DNA of 64,000 nt, taken from the NCBI GenBank assembly GCA_938005615.1, contig CALLMV010000026.1, positions 143 to 64,142 on the forward strand, read 5' to 3'. Below the pieces are notes generated by a model. That model had not been told where the DNA came from. It worked only from the letters and a program-made list of their open reading frames with translations, and did not search any database. Shown piece after piece: positions 56,942 to 64,000 of this stretch (the first letter of the stretch is position 1; each line of letters begins with the position of its first letter). This stretch comes from an uncultured Verrucomicrobiae bacterium (GTDB lineage: Bacteria; Verrucomicrobiota; Verrucomicrobiia; JADLBR01; CALLMV01). The position numbers were made by a program, and so were the translations under genes.

Positions 56942-57424
56942 ATGGAATTTCTAGGACTTGAGGGTTGGTCGCTTGTCGCTGTGGCGTACATTGCTGGTAT
57001 TTGTTGTATGGTCTTAGAAGTCTTTCTACCCGGTTTGGTCATAGGTTTTCTTGGTGCATTGTTGTTTGTTTTTGCCTCGTACGTAGCATACACAACTGCG
57101 GGATTTCCCGCTGGTTTGGGCGTGTTGGGCGGGGCGGTTGTAGGTTCGGTTGTGGCGATATATTCGACTTTGAAAGTCTTACCAACGACGCCCATGGCCA
57201 AACGTTGGATTCCGAAAACCGCCATCACTGCAGTCAGCAACGAGACGCCAAAACTGCAAATTGGGCAGATCGGTACTGCACTGACGCCTCTGCGCCCTGG
57301 CGGTGTGGCTATTTTTGACGGAAAACGCTACGACGTAGAATCGCGCAGCGGCATGGTGGAGAAGAATCTGCAGGTGCGTGTTGTAGCTATTGAGGGCGCG
57401 CGTGTAGTCGTGGAAAAGCTTTAA
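56942..57424 (+). CDS. NfeD family membrane protein
   Basis: From the ATG at 56942: three hydrophobic helices plus a C-terminal OB-like domain (GQIGTALTPLRPGGVAIFDGKRYDVESRSGMVEKNLQVRVVAIEGARVVVE). It lies immediately upstream of floA, as is usual. Confidence 0.7.
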   Translation: MEFLGLEGWSLVAVAYIAGICCMVLEVFLPGLVIGFLGALLFVFASYVAYTTAGFPAGLGVLGGAVVGSVVAIYSTLKVLPTTPMAKRWIPKTAITAVSNETPKLQIGQIGTALTPLRPGGVAIFDGKRYDVESRSGMVEKNLQVRVVAIEGARVVVEKL

Positions 57425-57514
57425 GATTAACTCAAGGACTCTTGTTGGCAGAACAGAGGTAAGTAGTACAAAAGTTAAACTTGATTAAAACGTCATTTCA
57501 ATAACTATTCCTTC

Positions 57515-58567
57515 ATGAACAACTCACTAAGTGTTTTTTCCAATTTAGCCCAAATCCCACCACTCGTTGGATGGATCATCGGCCTAGTCATTGCGTTCAT
57601 TTTGCTGGGTTTATTTTTAGCCCTCATCAACTACATTGGAGTGTGGATTCGGGCTAGGGTGGCAAATGCCCCGGTGGGCCTAATTCAACTAGTATTTATG
57701 GGTCTGCGCAAAGTGCCGGTGGCGTTGATCGTGGATACACGAATAACTGCAATCAAAGCCGGTATTAATGTGGAAACCGATTGGCTCGAATCTCACTATC
57801 TCGCCGGTGGAAATCCGCAAATGGTCGTGGCCGCGCTGATTGCTGCTGCGCGTGCAAATATTCCTTTGGATTTTAACAAAGCGTGCGCCATTGACCTGGC
57901 TACGAAGGGCACCGGGAAAACTGTGCTCGAAGCGGTGCAGACATCCGTCAATCCCAAGGTGATCGAGTGTCCCAACCCGGCGCAAGGCCGCACGACGATT
58001 GATGGTGTGGCTAAGGACGGAATTTCGGTGAAAGCTAAGGCGCGCGTGACGGTGCGTACAAATCTGGAACGCTTCGTGGGTGGCGCAACTGAGGAAACAA
58101 TTATCGCTCGTGTGGGTGAGGGTATCGTTACCTCTATCGGTTCTGCTGACAGTTATAAACAAGTGCTCGAAAACCCGGACCGGATCTCCAAGACAGTGCT
58201 CGATAAAGGGTTGGATTTCGGCACGGCATTCGAGATCCTCTCAATTGATATTGCCGACGTGGATGTGGGTGAGAACGTGGGTGCAAAATTGCAGGCCGAC
58301 CAGGCACAGACAGATAAGATTATTGCTCAGGCCAAAGCTGAAGTGCGCCGTGCAGCCGCTGTAGCTGTGGAGCAGGAGATGCGCGCCCGCGTGGAAGAAA
58401 TGCGCGCCAAGGTGGTGGAGGCAGAGGCTCAGGTTCCGCTGGCTATGGCCGAGGCCTTCCGCAAGGGAAATCTGGGCATCATGGATTACTTACGTGTTCG
58501 CAACGTGGAGTCTGATACCGCGATGCGCAGCTCAATTGCCCGTGGTGAGAATCCGCAAGGCCAGTAA
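57515..58567 (+). CDS. floA: flotillin-like protein FloA (SPFH superfamily, UPF0365)
   Basis: N-terminal hairpin-anchor region and an SPFH core. [63 protein letters not shown] is the typical FloA C-terminal EA-rich region. Confidence 0.85.
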   Translation: MNNSLSVFSNLAQIPPLVGWIIGLVIAFILLGLFLALINYIGVWIRARVANAPVGLIQLVFMGLRKVPVALIVDTRITAIKAGINVETDWLESHYLAGGNPQMVVAALIAAARANIPLDFNKACAIDLATKGTGKTVLEAVQTSVNPKVIECPNPAQGRTTIDGVAKDGISVKAKARVTVRTNLERFVGGATEETIIARVGEGIVTSIGSADSYKQVLENPDRISKTVLDKGLDFGTAFEILSIDIADVDVGENVGAKLQADQAQTDKIIAQAKAEVRRAAAVAVEQEMRARVEEMRAKVVEAEAQVPLAMAEAFRKGNLGIMDYLRVRNVESDTAMRSSIARGENPQGQ

Positions 58568-58581
58568 GAGAGATCACGCTT

Positions 58582-59166
58582 ATGAATGATGCCATCAGGT
58601 TGATCCTCGATAACCTGTGGTTAGTCATCTTTATTATCATTGGGCTCAGTCAGTTCTTCACACAGCTTAGAACCAGTAAAACTGAGCGAGATGTACCGGA
58701 TGGGCCGCCTCCGTTCGATGGTGCGGATGCTCGTGGAGGGCAAGGAGATTCTCTGGAGGAGATCATCCGAAAGTTGCGCGAGCAACAACAATCTTCCCCC
58801 GTACCTCCGCCACTGCCCCCGCAGCGAACGCCAGTGCGCACTTTACAGGAAAGTGCTAAGCAAACAGCAGCAGCACGTGTGATGCAGGAAGACGAAGGTG
58901 AGCACGTCAAGCGACTGGTGCCCGATCAAAACTTCGGTAAGCCTGATGCGTATTCATTGCCTGGTACGGGGCTATCCGATGAGGAGTTGAAAAGACTGCA
59001 AGCAAGAGCTGCGGCCTTTGAGAAGCGGCTAGGCCGTGGTTCTGGCAGCGCTGGTGTTCAACACCACGCCAAAGGCGGTTGGAGAGATTTGCTTGCCAGA
59101 CCCTCTTCGGCAAGAAATGCGGTAATACTGCGTGAGGTGCTTTCTGCTCCTGTAGCTCTGCGTTGA
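58582..59166 (+). CDS. hypothetical single-pass membrane protein with Pro/Gln-rich linker
   Basis: N-terminal TM helix (LWLVIFIIIGLSQFF), then low-complexity PVPPPLPPQRTP, and a conserved-looking C-terminus AVILREVLSAPVALR. Starts 14 nt after floA. Confidence 0.5.
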   Translation: MNDAIRLILDNLWLVIFIIIGLSQFFTQLRTSKTERDVPDGPPPFDGADARGGQGDSLEEIIRKLREQQQSSPVPPPLPPQRTPVRTLQESAKQTAAARVMQEDEGEHVKRLVPDQNFGKPDAYSLPGTGLSDEELKRLQARAAAFEKRLGRGSGSAGVQHHAKGGWRDLLARPSSARNAVILREVLSAPVALR

Positions 59167-59195
59167 CGGCCTCGGAGGGCAGCCGAAGTAGTTTT

Positions 59196-59672
59196 TTACT
59201 CGATGTTGACCGTGGCGATGGCCAGGGCAGCGATGCCTTCGCCACGACCGAGGAAGCCCATTTTTTCATTGGTGGTGGCTTTGATATTGATTTGTCGGGG
59301 AGCGATTCCCAGAGCTGTGGCCATCCGCTCTTTCATGGCGGGTGTGTGGGGGAGAATCTTGGGGGCTTCTGCGATGACGCTAGCGTCTATGTTAACTACT
59401 CTAGCCTTAGCGTTGTTGAGTTTTGTGCGGATGTCTTCGAGGAAAATGAGGCTGGAGACATCTTTCCAGCGTGGATCGCTGTTGGGGTAGTGGCGGCCGA
59501 TGTCACCCTCGCCGATAGCTCCGAGGAGGGCGTCGGCGATGGCATGGATGAGTACGTCGGCATCGGAGTGACCATCAGGCCCGGAGTGGTGTGGGATGAG
59601 AACGCCGCCAAGGATGCAAGGGCGACTGGGCTTGAAGGGATGAACGTCGTAGCCGATGCCAGTATGAATCAT
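59196..59672 (-). CDS. ispF: 2-C-methyl-D-erythritol 2,4-cyclodiphosphate synthase
   Basis: IGYDVHPF, GHSDADVLIHAI, DALLGA, and a typical 158-aa length. Confidence 0.95.
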   Translation of the reverse strand: MIHTGIGYDVHPFKPSRPCILGGVLIPHHSGPDGHSDADVLIHAIADALLGAIGEGDIGRHYPNSDPRWKDVSSLIFLEDIRTKLNNAKARVVNIDASVIAEAPKILPHTPAMKERMATALGIAPRQINIKATTNEKMGFLGRGEGIAALAIATVNIE

Positions 59673-59757
59673 ACTTTATTTAGCCGTTTGTTGGAGCGTC
59701 GGGGCAACGAAATTTTATGAGTCGCGGTTTGATCTTGTCGCGTGCTACGGTGGAGGT

Positions 59758-60369
59758 GTGAAGTGCGCTATGCGTTTGTCGTTAGTTTTATTTGCGTTAC
59801 TTTCTTTGTGCCTTGGGGCTCGGGCAAAGGGCGCTTCGGATATCGTGGAGGCGGCTCGGGCACAGGTGGGGGTGACTGTGATTTATGACGGCTCGTATCA
59901 ACGGTTGGATTATCCGGGTGGCGATGTGCCACTCGATCGCGGGGTATGCACGGATGTGGTGGTGCGCGCGTTGCGCGATGCGCGGGGGATGGATTTGCAG
60001 AAGTTAGTGCACGAGGATATGCGGGCGAATTTTTCCGCGTATCCGAAAATTTGGGGTCTTAAACGTGCGGATAAAAATATTGATCACCGGCGTGTGCCCA
60101 ACCTGCAAAGATTTTTCGAGAGACGAGGTTGGAAGTTGAGACTCGACCGCAATGAGAAGGAGTTTTTACCGGGCGATTTGGTGACATGTATGCTGCCGGG
60201 GAATCTTCCGCACATCATGATTGTGAGCGATAGGCGATCTCCTGCTGCCACGCCTCTCGTGATTCATAATGTGGGTGCTGGAGCACGCGAGGAGGATTTT
60301 CTTTTTCGTTATAAATTAACGGGTCACTACCGTCTGCCGCAATCGCCTCGACTTCAGGAGGTGGAGTGA
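59758..60369 (+). CDS. DUF1287 domain protein (secreted)
   Basis: Signal peptide. YDGSYQRLDYPGGDVPLDRGVCTDVVVRALR and HIMIVSD...VIHNVGAG match DUF1287 as I recall it. Confidence 0.7.
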   Translation: MKCAMRLSLVLFALLSLCLGARAKGASDIVEAARAQVGVTVIYDGSYQRLDYPGGDVPLDRGVCTDVVVRALRDARGMDLQKLVHEDMRANFSAYPKIWGLKRADKNIDHRRVPNLQRFFERRGWKLRLDRNEKEFLPGDLVTCMLPGNLPHIMIVSDRRSPAATPLVIHNVGAGAREEDFLFRYKLTGHYRLPQSPRLQEVE

Positions 60370-60923
60370 TGAGCCGTGGTCTGTTGGATGTGGTGAATGA
60401 TCGGGATGAGGTTGTAGATCGTGCCACACGTGCTGAAGTGCATCGCGCCAAGTTACTCCATCGGGCCGTGCATGTGTGGGTGTTTGACGGAGCAGGGCGG
60501 TTATTGCTTCAGAAACGTTCGCTGAGTAAGGACTCTCATCCGGGGAAGTGGGACTCTTCTTGCAGCGGGCATGTCGATGCGGGTGAGGGATATTTGGAGT
60601 CGGCAGTGCGAGAGTTGGAGGAGGAGTTGGGGCTAGCGGTCAAGGCAGAAGATTTGTTGGAATTAGATTACGTGGTTGCAGGGGCAGAGACGGATTGGGA
60701 GTTTGTGAGATTATATGGCTTGGTCAGGAATGGGCCTTTTCGGATGGAAGTTGGCGAGATCGATGAGTTGAAGTTTTACACTTTTGATGAGCTCGATACT
60801 TTTGTGCAAATGGAGAACGATTTGTGCGCCAGGGCATTTAGATCTTTGTTGCTGAGGCATGTCGGGGAGTTGGTTGACTTACAAGTCAGATGTTTCAGTG
60901 TGAGTCATGGTCAAGGTGACTGA
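60366..60923 (+). CDS. NUDIX hydrolase, Idi (type-1 isopentenyl-diphosphate isomerase)-like
   Basis: LHRAVHVWVFDGAGRLLLQKRSLSKDSHPGKWDSSCSGHVDAGEGYLESAVRELEEELGL aligns well by eye with the E. coli Idi core. The activity is not certain. Confidence 0.75.
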   Translation: MMSRGLLDVVNDRDEVVDRATRAEVHRAKLLHRAVHVWVFDGAGRLLLQKRSLSKDSHPGKWDSSCSGHVDAGEGYLESAVRELEEELGLAVKAEDLLELDYVVAGAETDWEFVRLYGLVRNGPFRMEVGEIDELKFYTFDELDTFVQMENDLCARAFRSLLLRHVGELVDLQVRCFSVSHGQGD

Positions 60924-61572
60924 TTTACGCAAAAGCTACGATTCTTCGGCAGGCCGCGTTGAAGTACTGCGCGGAGTGAGTCTACAGCTTGCAAGGGGGG
61001 AAACGGTAGCTTTGATGGGTCCTTCGGGTTGTGGAAAATCCACTCTGCTCAATATCATGGGCTGTTTGGATGTGGCTGACAGTGGATCGGTAAAGATCGG
61101 TGAACAGGAGTTAGTGGGTCTAGATGAGAAAAGCATGACGGAACTGCGCAGAAAAACGGTAGGATTTGTTTTTCAGTTTTTCCATTTGCTTCCAACCTTA
61201 ACTGTGCGGGAAAATGTTGAGCTGCCTGCACTTATTGCAGGAGGACTTTCTCATACTGCGGCGGAGCGTGCAGCACGACTTTTGGAATTAGTGGGTTTGA
61301 ATAAACGCGCAGGTCATCGTCCACATCAGCTAAGTGGCGGGGAAATGCAGCGGGCGGCAATCGCGCGTGCTTTGGTGAACAAGCCAGCGGTGGTATTAGC
61401 AGACGAGCCGACGGGCAACCTCGACTCGCATAATGGAGAAGTTGTGCTTCGAGTGTTGATGGAGGTAGTCAGTGAAGAAAACGCCACTATGATTGTTGTG
61501 ACACATAGTGCAGAGGTGGCGTCAAAAATGGGGTGCGTGCTGCACATGGCAGATGGGCACATTTTGCCCTGA
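60907..61572 (+). CDS. ABC transporter ATP-binding protein (LolD/MacB-NBD/FtsE-like)
   Basis: Walker A GPSGCGKST, Q-loop, signature LSGGEMQR, Walker B VVLADEPTGNLD, and the H-loop VTH. Confidence 0.9.
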   Translation: MVKVTDLRKSYDSSAGRVEVLRGVSLQLARGETVALMGPSGCGKSTLLNIMGCLDVADSGSVKIGEQELVGLDEKSMTELRRKTVGFVFQFFHLLPTLTVRENVELPALIAGGLSHTAAERAARLLELVGLNKRAGHRPHQLSGGEMQRAAIARALVNKPAVVLADEPTGNLDSHNGEVVLRVLMEVVSEENATMIVVTHSAEVASKMGCVLHMADGHILP

Positions 61573-61608
61573 TGTTGCCTGCGATCCAGGGGTTTGATAA
61601 TCCCGTAC

Positions 61609-62343
61609 ATGCGAAGGTTTTTTTTACAGGAACTAGACAGTGGAAGTCTGATTGGTGAGGAGGCACATCACTGCGCGGTGGTGTTGCGTGCAGAACCTGG
61701 TGATCGTGTTGTGCTCTTCGACGGTCAGGGCACGGAGGTCATGGCGACTTTAACAGACGTCACTGCAAAGCACGTGAGATTCCGCGAAGACAGCCGAACC
61801 AAAACACCACGGGGCGCGGGCGACATCACACTGGTCCAGGCTTTGCCAAAGAATAAATCCATGGACTTAATTGTACAGAAAGCCACAGAACTGGGTGTTT
61901 CGCGTATTCAACCGCTTATTTCTGAGCGTTCAGTTGTGCGATTGGATGAAGAGCAGGGCGCACAAAAAGCAGAGAAGTGGAAACAGATTGCTGTTGAGGC
62001 TGCAAAACAATGCGGGCAGAACTGGTTGCCTGAAATACTCCCGGCGAGATCAGCAAGAGAATTCTTGATGCAAAAGCCACTCGCACAGGCGCCTTTTATC
62101 GGCTCGCTGCAGCCGGGAGCGCGCACGTTTCGCCGCTGGCTGAAGGAACTGCGCGGGCAGAGTGGTGTATCTAAATTATCTTACGCGATCTGCATCGGGC
62201 CGGAGGGGGATTTCTCTCCTGCAGAGATTTCTACTGCGTTAGCGAGTGGATATTTGCCCGTGACCCTCGGGCCTGTGGTGTTGAGAAGCGAGACGGCTGC
62301 CATTTTCAGCCTGAGCGTGTTAAGTTACGAGTCACAGGATTGA
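61609..62343 (+). CDS. rsmE: 16S rRNA (uracil1498-N3)-methyltransferase
   Basis: MRRFFL start, HHCAVVLRAEPGD PUA-like N-terminal domain, QALPK..MDLIVQKATELGV, GPEGDFSPAE, LGPVVLRSETA. Confidence 0.85.
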   Translation: MRRFFLQELDSGSLIGEEAHHCAVVLRAEPGDRVVLFDGQGTEVMATLTDVTAKHVRFREDSRTKTPRGAGDITLVQALPKNKSMDLIVQKATELGVSRIQPLISERSVVRLDEEQGAQKAEKWKQIAVEAAKQCGQNWLPEILPARSAREFLMQKPLAQAPFIGSLQPGARTFRRWLKELRGQSGVSKLSYAICIGPEGDFSPAEISTALASGYLPVTLGPVVLRSETAAIFSLSVLSYESQD

Positions 62344-62421
62344 TGTTCATATGCATTTCTAGATAAACGAGCGGTGGGCTTGTCAGTAGAGGATTTCTGC
62401 GTAAAGGGGTACTTGATAGCC

Positions 62422-63126
62422 GTGAAATTTTTTACTCAGAGAGCCTGGCTGCTTGTGTTTTTGTTGCTGGCACTAATGCTCTGCTCTTGTGCAGCACCTC
62501 ATGCAGGCCGCACAACCCGCACGGGAGAACCAGAGAGAAAAATTGTGATGATCAATGCGGATGGGTCTCGATCCTATGTGCGCGACAGGGTGGCATCGGC
62601 GGGTTTGATCGCCCGTGCTTGGGAGTGGAATCCGACATTGTCCCCGACAGGACCTGTGGAGATGGAAATAGTGTTAGAAGAGCAGCGTCTGTATATTTAC
62701 CGTAATGGCGTAGAGATCGGTTATTCCACGATTTCGACAGGACGCGAGGGCCAGGATACTCGGCCCGGAGAGTTTCGGGTGATTGGTAAAAATAAGGATC
62801 ACGTTTCCAATCTCTGGGGCCGTTGGGTGGATTCTCGAGGAAATGTGGTGAACCCTAGTGTGCGCGTTGATGAAAAACGTCCCCCTGGCGTGAAATGGGA
62901 GGGTTCGCCGATGCCATACTTTTTGCGTCTGACAAATGACGGTGTGGGGCTACATGAGGGATTTTTGCCGGGATATCCTGCTTCTGCGGGATGTATTCGT
63001 GTGCACGATGGAATGGCTGCAAAAATTTTCGAGATAGCAAAAATCGGTACCCCCGTCAGGATTGTAAATTACAGGAATTATCGTGCCTGGCCGAGTTACT
63101 CGGCGGGGCAGTATCCCTATTTTTGA
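62422..63126 (+). CDS. L,D-transpeptidase (YkuD domain) lipoprotein
   Basis: Lipobox LMLCSC. YkuD core with GLHEGFLPGYPASAGCIRV (the catalytic His and Cys). The start is uncertain: GTG at 62422 or the track start at 62374. Confidence 0.8.
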   Translation: MKFFTQRAWLLVFLLLALMLCSCAAPHAGRTTRTGEPERKIVMINADGSRSYVRDRVASAGLIARAWEWNPTLSPTGPVEMEIVLEEQRLYIYRNGVEIGYSTISTGREGQDTRPGEFRVIGKNKDHVSNLWGRWVDSRGNVVNPSVRVDEKRPPGVKWEGSPMPYFLRLTNDGVGLHEGFLPGYPASAGCIRVHDGMAAKIFEIAKIGTPVRIVNYRNYRAWPSYSAGQYPYF

Positions 63127-63128
63127 AA

Positions 63129-63596
63129 GTGCCCGAAGTTGTCTTGATACGGCCGGAGATTCCACCGAACACTGGTAATGTGGGACGGATGTGTGCGGCG
63201 ATGAGGTGTCACTTACATTTAGTCGGGCCGCTGGGCTTTCGGCTAGATGAGAGGGCGCTGAGGCGTGCAGGTTTGGATTATTGGCCGTTGTTGAGTTGGA
63301 GTTACCATGAAAATCTTGAGCATTTTGTGAAGGAGGTCGGGGTGAGTCGGGAGATATGGTGCGTGGAAACGGGTGGAGGTGAGCCTTACCACCGCGTAAA
63401 GTATTCGCGGGATTGTGTGTTGGTTTTTGGTTCGGAGACTTGTGGTTTAGGCCAAGAGGATATGGTTTCTCTTGGAGGTAGGAGGTGCTTTATTCCGATG
63501 ATGGAGTCGCGGGTCAGGTCACTAAATTTATCTAACTGTGTAGCGGTTGTATTGATGGAAGCTTTGCGCCAGTGCGGGCAATTTGACTTGGTATGA
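63129..63596 (+). CDS. trmL: tRNA (cytidine/uridine-2'-O-)-methyltransferase TrmL (SpoU/TrmH family)
   Basis: VVLIRPEIPPNTGNVGRMCAAM, LVFGSETCGL, IPMMESRVRSLNLSNCVAVVLMEALRQ. The GTG at 63129 is preferred. The upstream part of the track ORF overlaps the previous gene. Confidence 0.85.
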   Translation: MPEVVLIRPEIPPNTGNVGRMCAAMRCHLHLVGPLGFRLDERALRRAGLDYWPLLSWSYHENLEHFVKEVGVSREIWCVETGGGEPYHRVKYSRDCVLVFGSETCGLGQEDMVSLGGRRCFIPMMESRVRSLNLSNCVAVVLMEALRQCGQFDLV

Positions 63597-63618
63597 TCTG
63601 CGTATTTTTATAAGCAGT

Positions 63619-64000
63619 TTATGGTTTTAACGGTTGAGCGAGAGGCTTGTTTGATGTGGGTGGGGAGAAGTCCTGCTTGATGGCGTTGTGTACTTTTTCG
63701 AGGTTTTCCGTGATTTGTTGTCGGGTGAGTTTGGCGTTGATTGTGACGCGCAGGCGCGCCCTGCCGCGAGGTACGGTGGGGTAACGTATTGCGGGTAGAG
63801 CGAGGTGATGTGTGTCGCGCAGGTGCTTTGCAATCACTAGAGCGCGATGTTCGCTGCCTAAGATCAACGGGATGATTGGTGAGCTTGGGGTTTGCGGGAG
63901 TTTCAGAATCTGGGATGCAAGGGTGATGTTTTCTTGAAGCTTCAGGCGTAACAAGTCACCTTCGCTTGACTGGCAGACTTGGAGCGCGGCGAGTGTGGCT
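63619..64000 (-). CDS. alpha-oxoamine synthase family (8-amino-7-oxononanoate synthase-like), C-terminal part; gene continues beyond the window end
   Basis: C-terminal IRYPTVPRGRARLRVTINAKLT is the BioF/Kbl-type motif. The frame stays open upstream of the track start (63954) through 64000. Confidence 0.7.
   Translation of the reverse strand, partial: ATLAALQVCQSSEGDLLRLKLQENITLASQILKLPQTPSSPIIPLILGSEHRALVIAKHLRDTHHLALPAIRYPTVPRGRARLRVTINAKLTRQQITENLEKVHNAIKQDFSPPTSNKPLAQPLKP

Noticed and set aside
1-64000. Scanned for tRNA T-arm motifs (GGTTCGAAT-like), rRNA, CRISPR-like spaced repeats, transposase, integrase or recombinase ORFs, toxin-antitoxin pairs and known defence genes.
   Set aside because: None found. 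The GTTCGA-like strings I saw lie inside coding regions (rpoD, leuS) without tRNA cloverleaf context. The only repeats are the two short tandem duplications reported above. No ORF resembles a mobile-element or defence protein.

Overview
This 64-kb chromosomal segment is dominated by housekeeping genes. The gene content suggests a Verrucomicrobiota/PVC-type Gram-negative genome: a prepilin-type methylation-motif protein, a PEP-CTERM protein, an FG-GAP/VCBS protein, a DUF4159-like domain and a GxxExxY gene. That assignment is inference only. I can support about 60 CDS. They include yajQ, a MacA-type adaptor with two FtsX-type permeases, folP-cdaA-glmM, pepF, three glycosyltransferases, a beta-CASP RNase, a PpiD-like chaperone, an exbB-exbD-exbD cluster, rpoN, rsmA, pyrD, pyrF, leuS, fabI, rpoD, cstA, ppa, dnaX, a TetR regulator with an RND pump, carA, manA, nfeD-floA, ispF, an ABC ATPase, rsmE, an L,D-transpeptidase, trmL and a bioF-like 3' fragment. 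I saw no rRNA, tRNA, CRISPR array, transposase, integrase or recognisable defence island. The best candidate for something undescribed is the gene in the tonB slot of the exbB-exbD-exbD operon. It has a TonB-type SxxxH membrane anchor and Pro-rich spacer, but its C-terminus looks like DUF4159 rather than a TonB C-terminal domain. That operon is flanked by a TPR gene and an FG-GAP/VCBS gene. Other observations worth a second look: (1) a sigma-54-type GG-N10-GC element directly upstream of rpoN; (2) an in-frame A AAA AAA slippery site in dnaX that would give a gamma-like product; (3) a DUF167/YggU gene interrupted by one in-frame TAG, absent from the ORF track; (4) a frameshifted GxxExxY gene; (5) cdaA followed by a 59-codon membrane ORF where cdaR normally sits; (6) a 0.73-kb very AT-rich ORF-free island with a tandem 23-mer; (7) repeated reversals of strand composition (G/T-rich versus C/A-rich plus strand) that do not follow the coding strand, plus a strongly GC-rich block around leuS. 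All homology calls come from reading the translations by eye; no searches were run.
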